Below are positions 8,800 through 16,655 of a DNA stretch of 38,660 nt, piece after piece (the stretch's first letter is position 1; each line of letters begins with the position of its first letter). A program made the position numbers and the translations under genes. The notes beneath the pieces are model-generated. The model was not told the DNA's origin. It worked only from the letters and a program-made list of their open reading frames with translations, and searched no databases. This DNA is from a virus (lineage: Duplodnaviria > Caudoviricetes): IMG/VR virus record IMGVR_UViG_3300044724_004577, positions 1 through 38,660 of that record, one strand, 5' to 3'.

Positions 8800-8861
8800 T
8801 TATGTGGGATATGCACAACAGAACCACAAAAAAACAAGCCGAAAAGAACAGGGGTAAGTAA
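8796..8861 (+). CDS. 21-aa microprotein MIMWDMHNRTTKKQAEKNRGK (not in ORF track)
   Basis: ATGA overlap with the upstream stop; ends 1 bp before the next GTG start, filling the gap exactly. Confidence 0.5.
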   Translation: MIMWDMHNRTTKKQAEKNRGK

Positions 8862-8862
8862 C

Positions 8863-9069
8863 GTGTATCAGGCTCTTGTTCTCGCATGTATGGTTTTTGT
8901 ACCAACAGAATGTTGGCAGCTAGAGGATCAACTTGGACCGTACAAAACCTATGAGAAATGCGAGGCTAGGGCTATGGAAATGTCTAGACATGTTCACACT
9001 CACATGATGGGTTATCGGCCTATATCTTGGAAATGTCAGGCGTTACCAAAAGGAAAGTTAAGCACATGA
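8863..9069 (+). CDS. Small Cys-containing hypothetical protein
   Basis: GTG start with RBS AGGGG; hydrophobic N-terminus; 4 Cys. Confidence 0.7.
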   Translation: MYQALVLACMVFVPTECWQLEDQLGPYKTYEKCEARAMEMSRHVHTHMMGYRPISWKCQALPKGKLST

Positions 9070-9278
9070 CAGATGAAGGCAAAAAGCCCGTTCAAGTAAC
9101 GGTGGGCCAGAACAGTTTTGAGCTTGTTTTGAGGGTTTTGGGGAATGAGTTTATTGCAATAAAAATTGGCTCCACAAACTTCAGCGGGAAGTTGATAGCG
9201 GGTTCAATTTTACTGTTATTTTTTACTTTTGTTCTTTTAGAGGTTTTTGGGCTGTCTAAAGTACTAGGAGTAGAGTAG
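9066..9278 (+). CDS. Small membrane protein
   Basis: ATGA-coupled start at 9066 preferred; C-terminal TM segment LIAGSILLLFFTFVLLEVFGL. Confidence 0.7.
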   Translation: MTDEGKKPVQVTVGQNSFELVLRVLGNEFIAIKIGSTNFSGKLIAGSILLLFFTFVLLEVFGLSKVLGVE

Positions 9279-9289
9279 GAGCTAAAAAC

Positions 9290-9748
9290 ATGATTAGCCT
9301 ATTAGGTAGTATATTAGGTTTCGGGACATCTTTTCTTCCAGAGGTTTTGAACTTCTTCAAAGCGGGGCAAGAGCATAAGCAAAAACTGGAAACCATGAAA
9401 ATGGAAGCCGAGCTTATGGAAAAAAGGTCTGCGTTAAAGTTACAAGAATTAGACAAACAGGCGGACATAGCGGAAACAAAAGGGATTTACGAGCATGACC
9501 GATCCATTGATGCAGGAGGCTTTGTTAATGGCTTGCGCGGTTCTGTACGCCCTGTCATAACGTATGCTTTCTTTTTGATGTTTGTAGCTACCGAAGTGGT
9601 AATTATTGTCAAAGTGTTAGAAACTGGCGGAGATTGGAAAGACGCAGTAGGGTTAATGTGGACCCCCGAGTCGCAAGGTTTGTTTGCTGCAATCATGTCT
9701 TTTTGGTTCGGTAACCGTGCGGTAAGCAAATATATGAAAGGCCGGTAA
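9290..9748 (+). CDS. Putative holin (3TM/GTA-holin-like)
   Basis: RBS AGGAG; amphipathic N-terminus, RGSVRPVITY, TM helices, SFWFGNR C-terminus; abuts the endolysin. Confidence 0.7.
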   Translation: MISLLGSILGFGTSFLPEVLNFFKAGQEHKQKLETMKMEAELMEKRSALKLQELDKQADIAETKGIYEHDRSIDAGGFVNGLRGSVRPVITYAFFLMFVATEVVIIVKVLETGGDWKDAVGLMWTPESQGLFAAIMSFWFGNRAVSKYMKGR

Positions 9749-10261
9749 ATGGAGGCTAATTTTTTCAAAAGCCTTGAGATGGTGCTGCACCACGAAGGTG
9801 GATTTGTGGACCACAAAGACGATCCCGGGGGCGCAACTAACAGGGGTATTACGCATAAAACTTATGCGGATTTTTTAGGACGACCACTAGAAGATGTTAG
9901 CGAGCTTAAAAACATTCCCGAAGAGCATGTGCAGTTGATCTACAAAAACGGGTACTGGGACAAGATAAAAGGCGATGAGCTCCCGGGCGGCGTAGATTTC
10001 TGCGTGTTTGACTGGGCCGTGAACAGCGGTCCGGGACGTGCGGCCAAGGCACTGCAAAAAATAGTCATGGTGTCGCAGGACGGGGCTATCGGCCCGAAGA
10101 CATTAATTGCGGTAAGTGAGATGACGCCCACCGAGATTATAGAAAATATGACTAAGCAAAGAATAGAGTTTTACAAAGAGCTAGGAACTTTTGATACTTT
10201 TGGCCGCGGATGGTTGCGTAGGGCAAAAGAAACGCGTGACTTTGCTTTGGATATGATATAA
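9749..10261 (+). CDS. Endolysin, glycoside hydrolase family 108 with peptidoglycan-binding domain
   Basis: HEGGFVDHKDDPGGATNRGIT, FDWAVNSG, DGAIGPKT, FGRGWLRR. Confidence 0.95.
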   Translation: MEANFFKSLEMVLHHEGGFVDHKDDPGGATNRGITHKTYADFLGRPLEDVSELKNIPEEHVQLIYKNGYWDKIKGDELPGGVDFCVFDWAVNSGPGRAAKALQKIVMVSQDGAIGPKTLIAVSEMTPTEIIENMTKQRIEFYKELGTFDTFGRGWLRRAKETRDFALDMI

Positions 10262-10262
10262 A
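10254..10262 (+). promoter_or_regulatory. Possible extended -10 promoter for the head genes
   Basis: TG-A-TATAAA about 30 bp upstream of the 10294 start; no convincing -35. Confidence 0.3.
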
Positions 10263-10293
10263 AATATATCAGATTTAATGCGGAGATATACGA

Positions 10294-10491
10294 GTGGATG
10301 AAATTTATTTTGCGGAAGCGGTTCTACGGATTATCCGGGAGCGCCGCCAAGCGGTTCAAGACTTGATACTTTATGACAACGTCAAGAACATGGAGCAGTA
10401 TCGTGAGCTTATGGGAAACTTAAAGTCCCTTGATCACGTGGAACAGGAACTCAAGAGCCTGCTAGAAAAACAGGAGCAAAGCAATGGCTGA
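10294..10491 (+). CDS. Small helical hypothetical protein
   Basis: GTG start with RBS GGAG; overlaps the groES start. Confidence 0.8.
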   Translation: MDEIYFAEAVLRIIRERRQAVQDLILYDNVKNMEQYRELMGNLKSLDHVEQELKSLLEKQEQSNG

Positions 10492-10936
10492 TGCACAGAA
10501 GGTGGATCTTGAAGGCGCAATGGCGGGAGCATCTAATCTTGCCGCGGCGTACAAAGATGTCACGGACAAAATATTGGACCCCGAATCAATCGGGGGTTCC
10601 CTCCTAGAAAGAATGCCAGACCCGACCGGGTGGCGTTTGCTTATTTTACCATATCGCGGAAAAGGAAAAACTGACGGTGGTATTTATTTACCAAACGCGG
10701 TGGTGGAAGAACAAACTGTATCCACACAAGTTGGATATGTTTTAAAAGTGGGCGCTTTGGCTTATAAAGACGCGGAAAAATTTCCTCATGGACCTTGGTG
10801 TGAGCAAGGTAATTGGGTAATGTTTGCGCGTTATGCGGGGTCCCGTTTTAAAATTGATGGAGGCGAGGTTCGTATTCTTAACGATGACGAAATCTTGGCT
10901 AAGATCAATGAACCCGAAGACATTTTGCATTTCTAG
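10484..10936 (+). CDS. groES: Phage co-chaperonin (GroES/Cpn10-like)
   Basis: PTGWRLLI...KTDGGIYLP mobile loop, GYVLKVG, VMFARYAGSRFKIDGGEVRILNDDEILA. Confidence 0.93.
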   Translation: MADAQKVDLEGAMAGASNLAAAYKDVTDKILDPESIGGSLLERMPDPTGWRLLILPYRGKGKTDGGIYLPNAVVEEQTVSTQVGYVLKVGALAYKDAEKFPHGPWCEQGNWVMFARYAGSRFKIDGGEVRILNDDEILAKINEPEDILHF

Positions 10937-10945
10937 GAGTTAAAA

Positions 10946-11806
10946 ATGGCAGAAGAAAATCAAATCGAACTAGAGTTTGAAGAGGACTCTGTAGAAATAG
11001 ACGTTTCTGAGAGTGAGGGGAAAGAAGCCCAGCACACGGCAGACGCAGACGATAACTTTGAAAAAGCGGAAAACGCAACGCAAAAGCGTATTGACCGTTT
11101 AACAAAAAAAATGCGCGAAGCAGAGCGCCAGCGGGAAGAAGCGCTAACGTACGCCAAAAATGTTCAGACGGAAGCCGAAAGCTTAAAGTCTCGCATGAGC
11201 GCGTTGGACACCAACTATGTTAATGAATATAGCACCCGTGTCGAAACACAAACAACCGCCGCAGAAGAAAAATTAGCACGGGCCATTGAAATAGGTGACA
11301 CCCCGGGCGTTGTTGAAGCACAACGCATGATTACAAAACTTGCCATTGAAAACGATAGGGCTCAACAGGCCCGTATTCAACAAGAACGCTACGCGCAGCA
11401 AGTTCAGGCACAACGGGAGCTTCAAGTGCGGTCTCCTATGCCGCAGCAGCAGCCGAGACGCCCCGATAGAAAAGCAGAAGACTGGGCGGCTAAGAATGAC
11501 TGGTTTGGCAACGATGAAGCGATGACTTATGCCGCTTTTGGGGTTCACAAAAAACTTGTGGAACAAGAAGGGTTTGACCCGCAAGCCGATGAGTACTATA
11601 ATGAACTAGATAGGCGTATGCGGGAAGAATTTCCGCATAAGCTTAACGGTGGTAGCAAACGGCCCGCTCAGACGGTTGCTTCAGTATCCCGCAATACCTC
11701 TGGGCGCAGTAGTGGGAAAAAGGTTAGACTCACCCCTAGCCAAGTCGCGATAGCGAAAAAATTGGGTGTGCCGCTTGAAGAATACGCGAAATACGTGAAG
11801 GAGTAA
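10946..11806 (+). CDS. Putative capsid scaffolding protein
   Basis: Acidic N-terminus, long coiled coil, WAAKNDWFG, basic C-terminal helix-turn-helix AKKLGVPLEEYAKY; upstream of the capsid genes. Confidence 0.75.
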   Translation: MAEENQIELEFEEDSVEIDVSESEGKEAQHTADADDNFEKAENATQKRIDRLTKKMREAERQREEALTYAKNVQTEAESLKSRMSALDTNYVNEYSTRVETQTTAAEEKLARAIEIGDTPGVVEAQRMITKLAIENDRAQQARIQQERYAQQVQAQRELQVRSPMPQQQPRRPDRKAEDWAAKNDWFGNDEAMTYAAFGVHKKLVEQEGFDPQADEYYNELDRRMREEFPHKLNGGSKRPAQTVASVSRNTSGRSSGKKVRLTPSQVAIAKKLGVPLEEYAKYVKE

Positions 11807-11811
11807 GTTAC

Positions 11812-12291
11812 ATGACCGAAGAAAATTTTGAAGGCTCAGTAAAACGTGCCCCTCGCGCAACACAAACTAGGGAGAAGACGGCTAGGCGTAAGCCGTGGGC
11901 TCCCCCGTCTATGTTAGATGCACCGCCTGCACCGGATGGGTTCAAGCATCGTTGGATCAGGGCTGAAACCCGTGGTTATGACGATACAAAGAACGTAAGC
12001 GCAAAAATGCGCGAAGGTTGGGAACTGGTCCGTAAGGACGAATTTCCAGACTTTGAGGCCCCGGTAGTCGAATCAGGAAAATATGAGGGTGTGTTTGGAG
12101 TAGGTGGTTTAGTTCTGGCCCGTATCCCTGTGGAAACGATCGCCGAGCGAACAGCATATTTCCAGCAACGGAATGCTGATCAATTGGAGGCCGTGGACCA
12201 TGATTTGATGGGCACGAACTCTCATTCAACCATGACGATCAATAAACCTGATCGTCAATCTCGTGTAACCTTTGGCGGCCCACAAAGATAA
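11812..12291 (+). CDS. Head-module hypothetical protein
   Basis: RBS AAGGAG; GFKHRWIR...REGWELV...GVGGLVLARIP; lies between scaffold and capsid genes. Confidence 0.85.
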   Translation: MTEENFEGSVKRAPRATQTREKTARRKPWAPPSMLDAPPAPDGFKHRWIRAETRGYDDTKNVSAKMREGWELVRKDEFPDFEAPVVESGKYEGVFGVGGLVLARIPVETIAERTAYFQQRNADQLEAVDHDLMGTNSHSTMTINKPDRQSRVTFGGPQR

Positions 12292-12319
12292 GGGGTCGCC
12301 CTGATTGGAGTAGAAAAAA

Positions 12320-12970
12320 ATGGCAAACCAAGAAACTGCCTACGGTCTACGTCCTATCGGGCTTGTTGGAAGCGGCGTAAATTCTACCGGTGTAACCGAG
12401 TATGAAATTGCCTCTAACAACACCAATGCTATTTTTCAATTTAGCCTCGTGGTTCCTACCGCGGCGGGCGTAATTGATCAAGCTGGCGCTACAGACGGCG
12501 GCACAACACCAGCACTTGGGGTCCTGATGGGCGTACAATACCATGACTCAGTACAGAAAAAGCCTGTGTGGCTTAATTACTGGCCGGGTTCTGGTTCAGT
12601 TAGCGTTGACACCAACTATCCTGTAAAGGCTATGGTTGCTGACAACCCAAACCAACTGTTCAGAGTCGCATCTGATGCAACACTTACCGACCGTGCAACT
12701 GCACTGGCGGCGGTGTTCGGAAATGCGTCCTTGGGCACATCAGCCCGCACTGGTTCTACCAACACAGGTAATTCCGACAGTGCGCTCAACGTGGCGTCTA
12801 TAGCGGATACGGCTACTCTTCCACTGCGTATCGTTGGTCTTGTCGATGACGAAGCCAACAATGATTACACAGCGGCGGGTATTCCGTTGATTGTTCGCAT
12901 AAACGCACACTTTAACGCAAACACCAGCCGCTTTGATTCGGATACTACTCCGACATCAACTGGCCTTTAA
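12320..12970 (+). CDS. Putative capsid decoration / minor capsid protein
   Basis: RBS GGAG; A/T/G/N-rich beta-type composition; directly precedes the major capsid gene. Confidence 0.7.
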   Translation: MANQETAYGLRPIGLVGSGVNSTGVTEYEIASNNTNAIFQFSLVVPTAAGVIDQAGATDGGTTPALGVLMGVQYHDSVQKKPVWLNYWPGSGSVSVDTNYPVKAMVADNPNQLFRVASDATLTDRATALAAVFGNASLGTSARTGSTNTGNSDSALNVASIADTATLPLRIVGLVDDEANNDYTAAGIPLIVRINAHFNANTSRFDSDTTPTSTGL

Positions 12971-12985
12971 GGGAGGGAGTAGATA

Positions 12986-13888
12986 ATGGCTATTTCTCGC
13001 GCACAATTAGCGAAAGAGCTAGAACCCGGCCTAAATGCCTTGTTCGGTCTTGAGTATGATCGCTACGAAAATGAACATGCTGAAATCTTCGATGAAGAGT
13101 CTTCAGATCGTGCATTTGAAGAAGAGGTGATGCTCGGTGGTTTCTCAACAGCACCGGTTAAAGGGGAAGGCAACGCCATCAACTTTGACTCCGCTCAAGA
13201 GACTTACACAGCACGGTACACACATGACACAATCGCTCTGGCTTTCTCAATCACAGAAGAAGCTATCGAAGATAACTTGTACGACCGTCTAGCTGGGCGT
13301 TACACAAAAGCTTTGGCTCGTTCAATGGCTCAAACAAAGCAGATTAAAGCAGCGTCCATCTTGAACAATGCTTTTAATGCCGCCAACCCGATTGGTGATG
13401 GAGCCGCACTTTGTTCCAACGCTCACCCATCACTTTCAGGAAACCAGCGTAACGTGCTACAAGTTACCGCAGATTTGAATGAGACTTCTCTTGAGCAGAT
13501 GCTCATTGATATCGCAGGTTTAACTGATGAGCGCGGTTTGAAGATTGCTGTACGTGGTATGAAATTGGTTATCCCAAAAGAACTGCAATTCATTGCAGAG
13601 CGGGTACTAAATTCAAACCTACGTTCAGGGACAGCCGATAATGATGCAAACGCCATGAAGAACATGGGTATGTTGCCTGAAGGAGCGGTTGTTAACCACT
13701 TCTTGACAGACACCGATGCTTTCTTCATTAAGACGGATGCGCCTAACGGCTTCAAGTACTTCAACCGTTCTCCAATCAAAACTGCGATGGAAGGTGATTT
13801 TGACACCGGAAACATGCGGTTTAAAGCCCGTGAGCGTTACAGCTTCGGCGTTTCAGATTGGCGTTCAGTGTTTGGTTCAGGCACTTAA
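12986..13888 (+). CDS. Major capsid protein (HK97 fold inferred)
   Basis: Strong RBS GGGAGGGAG; MAISRAQLAKELEPGLNALFG start and FKARERYSFG end recalled as typical of this capsid family; followed by a terminator. Confidence 0.9.
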   Translation: MAISRAQLAKELEPGLNALFGLEYDRYENEHAEIFDEESSDRAFEEEVMLGGFSTAPVKGEGNAINFDSAQETYTARYTHDTIALAFSITEEAIEDNLYDRLAGRYTKALARSMAQTKQIKAASILNNAFNAANPIGDGAALCSNAHPSLSGNQRNVLQVTADLNETSLEQMLIDIAGLTDERGLKIAVRGMKLVIPKELQFIAERVLNSNLRSGTADNDANAMKNMGMLPEGAVVNHFLTDTDAFFIKTDAPNGFKYFNRSPIKTAMEGDFDTGNMRFKARERYSFGVSDWRSVFGSGT

Positions 13889-13918
13889 TTAACCGTTTGG
13901 CTAAAATAACTTCCCGAG

Positions 13919-13947
13919 AGGGCGGCAGTTGCCGCCCTTTCTTTTTT
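13919..13947 (+). terminator. Rho-independent terminator after the major capsid gene
   Basis: AGGGCGGC-AGTT-GCCGCCCT stem-loop followed by TTCTTTTTT. Confidence 0.88.
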
Positions 13948-13957
13948 GATGTATAGT
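13929..13957 (+). promoter_or_regulatory. Putative sigma70-type promoter overlapping the terminator
   Basis: TTGCCG-N17-TATAGT. Confidence 0.6.
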
Positions 13958-13966
13958 AAAAACATA

Positions 13967-14009
13967 CCTGACAGCCCCAGTGTGGGGCTGACATTAGCCA
14001 CGACAGGAG
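13967..14009 (+). ncRNA. Candidate structured 5' leader (cis-regulatory RNA)
   Basis: CAGCCCCA/TGGGGCTG 8-bp hairpin enclosed by a CCTG/CAGG stem that overlaps the RBS CAGGAG. Confidence 0.4.
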
Positions 14010-14015
14010 TAAACA

Positions 14016-14468
14016 ATGGCGACAACTACTTTTTCCGGTCCTATTAAGGCCGGAACAATCAAAAACACAACAGGAACTACTGTCGGAACAGACGTAGTAA
14101 ACACGGGCTTTGTTCTTATGGGACAATCCATTTTGGTGGATATTACCGGCGCGAGCGAGCTAAACCAAGTTTGTGCGACAGTTCCAGCAAATTCACAAAT
14201 TGTGGACGTTGTTCTTAATGTAACCACTGCAAACGATGACACTGGCGCAGCCACTGTTTCTGTCGGCACTGACGCTGATCCGGATGCCTTTTTGGCTGAT
14301 GTGGACGTGAAAGCCGTAGGAACAACTCGTGGAACTCTCGACACAGAAGCTACAAATGTAGGCGCGACTGATCTTCAGGTTCTAGCTGACTTCACGGGTG
14401 CAACCGGAGACGGTACTGGCGCGGCAACGGTTACGGTGCTTTATATGCAGAACCGAAACCTCGTATAA
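14016..14468 (+). CDS. Putative virion structural protein (T/A/V/D-rich)
   Basis: RBS AGGAG; MATTTFSGPIKAG start; beta-rich composition; first gene after the capsid gene. Confidence 0.8.
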   Translation: MATTTFSGPIKAGTIKNTTGTTVGTDVVNTGFVLMGQSILVDITGASELNQVCATVPANSQIVDVVLNVTTANDDTGAATVSVGTDADPDAFLADVDVKAVGTTRGTLDTEATNVGATDLQVLADFTGATGDGTGAATVTVLYMQNRNLV

Positions 14469-14480
14469 CAGGAGGCCAAA

Positions 14481-14753
14481 ATGGCAGGTTCTGACGTAAA
14501 GTCAAAGCGTTTGACAGGGGTAGGCTCCGCCGGAGTCGGCCCCGCCCGTATTCGTCAGGTCCAAATAAAAACCACCACAGGAACTCCCCGCCTTACCCTC
14601 ACTGACGGTAATGGCGGAGAGACTGTGCTGGACATGGACCTAGACGCAGATGACACCCATTCAGTAAACATTCCAGATGAAGGGATCAGGGTATCTGATA
14701 TTTTCGTAGAAACTTTTACCGCGTGTACGTCTGTAACAGTTTTTTTTAACTAG
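14481..14753 (+). CDS. 90-aa putative structural protein, paralog 1
   Basis: RBS AGGAGG; SDVK...IPDEG...TVFFN. Confidence 0.85.
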   Translation: MAGSDVKSKRLTGVGSAGVGPARIRQVQIKTTTGTPRLTLTDGNGGETVLDMDLDADDTHSVNIPDEGIRVSDIFVETFTACTSVTVFFN

Positions 14754-14762
14754 GAGTTTCTT

Positions 14763-15035
14763 ATGGCTTCCGACATAAAAGCAGTATATTTAACGGTTTC
14801 GGGAACCGTTTTTGCGGGTCGTTCCCGTGTAAAAGCCCTCCATTACCACTCAAACGCCGTTACGGGGGAAATAATTTTAAGGAACGGCGGAGCCGCGGGA
14901 GACGTGAAACTTCAACTTGGTTTTCACCAAAACACCGATGACAGCATTTATATTCCTGACGAAGGGTTGCTTTTTACCGAAAACTGTTACGCGGAGATAA
15001 CAGACATGGACAATATCACCGTTTTCTTTAACTAG
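14763..15035 (+). CDS. 90-aa putative structural protein, paralog 2
   Basis: RBS AGGAG; SDIK...IPDEG...TVFFN. Confidence 0.85.
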   Translation: MASDIKAVYLTVSGTVFAGRSRVKALHYHSNAVTGEIILRNGGAAGDVKLQLGFHQNTDDSIYIPDEGLLFTENCYAEITDMDNITVFFN

Positions 15036-15045
15036 GGTTTTTTTC

Positions 15046-15330
15046 ATGGCAACGATAAAAAATGTGACCCGAACACCTTCCGGAAGAATTAAATATAGGG
15101 GTGAAACTTTTGCTGGTTTTAACAAGCCTAAACGTACTCCCGGAAAGTCGAAAAAAAGTGCTGTTTTGGCTAAGAAAGGCGACCAAATTAAGTTGGTTCG
15201 TTTTGGGGATCCAAACATGTCAATTAAAAAAGACCAACCGGCTCGTAGATCAAATTTTAGAGCGCGGCACAATTGTGATACCGCGAAAGATAAATTTTCG
15301 GCCAGATACTGGTCTTGTAAGGCGTGGTGA
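15046..15330 (+). CDS. Highly basic small protein
   Basis: K/R-rich; KLVRFGDPNM...FRARHNC...ARYWSCKAW. Confidence 0.85.
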   Translation: MATIKNVTRTPSGRIKYRGETFAGFNKPKRTPGKSKKSAVLAKKGDQIKLVRFGDPNMSIKKDQPARRSNFRARHNCDTAKDKFSARYWSCKAW

Positions 15331-15337
15331 GGTGGAA

Positions 15338-15496
15338 ATGACTCCAGAAGAGGTGTTGCGGCAGCTTGAAAAGCACGAAGAATCTTGCGATAAGCGTTAC
15401 GAAGACATTCAAAACAAGCTTGAAAAATTAGATAACCGGCTCTGGTGGATAGTCGGTTTAGTTGTACTTGCGCCATTTTTGCAGAGGTTGTTGTAG
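15338..15496 (+). CDS. 52-aa coiled-coil plus C-terminal TM protein (XhlA-like architecture)
   Basis: RBS GAGGTGG before ATG 15338, so the track start at 15101 is over-extended; HEESCDKRY...LWWIVGLVVLAPFL. Confidence 0.75.
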   Translation: MTPEEVLRQLEKHEESCDKRYEDIQNKLEKLDNRLWWIVGLVVLAPFLQRLL

Positions 15497-15681
15497 TGGC
15501 TTATTCTAGAAAGTCAAAAAGTGCGTCCTCAAAAAGTAAGGGCAGTAAGATATGCCCGGAAGGCAAAGCGTGGGCAAAAAGAACTTTTGACACGTACCCC
15601 AGTGCTTATGCTAATTTAGCGGCGTCAAAGTATTGTAAAGACCCTAATTACGCCAAGAAGTCAAAAAAGCGGAAGGGTTAA
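15496..15681 (+). CDS. Highly basic small protein (61 aa)
   Basis: GTG start overlapping the upstream TAG, RBS GAGG; KICPEGKAWAKRTFDTYPSAYAN. Confidence 0.8.
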   Translation: MAYSRKSKSASSKSKGSKICPEGKAWAKRTFDTYPSAYANLAASKYCKDPNYAKKSKKRKG

Positions 15682-15684
15682 ATA

Positions 15685-16071
15685 ATGGGGAAGTTACAGG
15701 AGTGGTTAGATGAAGATTGGGTCAGAATTGATAGCAAGGGCAATATCGCGGGGTCGTGCGGTACGTCAAAGAATAAGGGTAACCCTGATCGTTGTCTGCC
15801 TAGACGTAAAGCTCAAAGTCTTACAAAAACGGAACGCGCTGCTACAGCGCGTAAAAAGAAGCGTGAAGGAGCTAAAGGAAAGCAGGTTGTGGCAAACACT
15901 AAGGCTGCCAAAGTAAAGAAAATGGCGTCAGGCGGCGCGGTGTCTTACGAAACAACACCCAAAAGACCTTTTCGTGGTAGAAACATCCCCGGTACGGCGG
16001 TGGGAAGAGGATGCGGGGCTGTTTTAGCAAATCGCAGAAAACGCACAAAAGGGTCGGTAGTTCAAACATGA
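15685..16071 (+). CDS. Highly basic protein with MASGGAV motif
   Basis: LQEWLDEDWV...CG...RCLP...; K/R-rich; tightly packed in the operon. Confidence 0.85.
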   Translation: MGKLQEWLDEDWVRIDSKGNIAGSCGTSKNKGNPDRCLPRRKAQSLTKTERAATARKKKREGAKGKQVVANTKAAKVKKMASGGAVSYETTPKRPFRGRNIPGTAVGRGCGAVLANRRKRTKGSVVQT

Positions 16072-16655
16072 ATATGATGGTTTTCAATACCGCTAAAGAG
16101 CAAGAGATATGCCAAGAAATAATGGCGTGGTCTGACCACACGTTAAGCGCACCAAATGATTTTTATAACGGCTTGCCCGCATGTCCATATGCACAAAAGG
16201 CGTGGGCGGATGAAAAAGTAGCTATATTATTCAAGTATGACAAAAACTTACAGGCGTTGTACAGCACCTTGTCGCAATGGGAAGATTCGTTAGATCTTGT
16301 TATTATAGTAGACTTAAATTTTTCCGAAGACCCCGATACTTTTCACAATACTTTGAATGATTTAAACAAAGCTATTTCAAAAGGTATTTTTATTGATCGG
16401 GACATGTGGGTGATGGGATTTCATCCGCACGACGAGGCTAATGATTTTATAGACGACAAGACTTTTACTCATTTAGTGGAAGACGAGTACGCAATGATTT
16501 TTGTGCAGCGATTATCTAAAGTGCAAGAATCAGCAGACAAACTTGCCGAAAAAGGCTACTATGATAATTATTTAGAAGAATATAACGCGGCGGAGCTCTT
16601 TGAAGAAAGAGCCGATTTTTACAGGAGATTAAAAAATGGCGATGAAGCCCCGTAA
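16068..16655 (+). CDS. Acidic hypothetical protein (DUF1415-like by recall)
   Basis: ATGA-coupled start at 16068 preferred; LPACPYA...GFHP...FVQRL. Confidence 0.75.
   Translation: MNMMVFNTAKEQEICQEIMAWSDHTLSAPNDFYNGLPACPYAQKAWADEKVAILFKYDKNLQALYSTLSQWEDSLDLVIIVDLNFSEDPDTFHNTLNDLNKAISKGIFIDRDMWVMGFHPHDEANDFIDDKTFTHLVEDEYAMIFVQRLSKVQESADKLAEKGYYDNYLEEYNAAELFEERADFYRRLKNGDEAP

Noticed and set aside
8863-9069. o-spanin lipoprotein based on VLAC
   Set aside because: The Cys is at residue 9 with no basic N-region and too short a hydrophobic stretch for a signal peptide II.
9788-9811. HEGGFV in the endolysin, and TDGGI/IDGGEV in GroES, as GG tags
   Set aside because: These are explained by conserved family motifs (GH108 catalytic EGG, GroES mobile loop) and were not counted.
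13860-13920. Programmed frameshift or read-through extension of the capsid protein
   Set aside because: No slippery heptamer near the stop, and a terminator follows immediately.
15101-15337. 5' extension of the 15338-15496 ORF given in the track
   Set aside because: It overlaps the 15046-15330 gene out of frame; a good RBS and ATG lie at 15338.
14877-15476. Long antisense ORFs (also 8041-8487, 25829-26479, 35304-35846, 36060-36557)
   Set aside because: They are shadows of well-supported + strand genes with no RBS or recognisable motifs.
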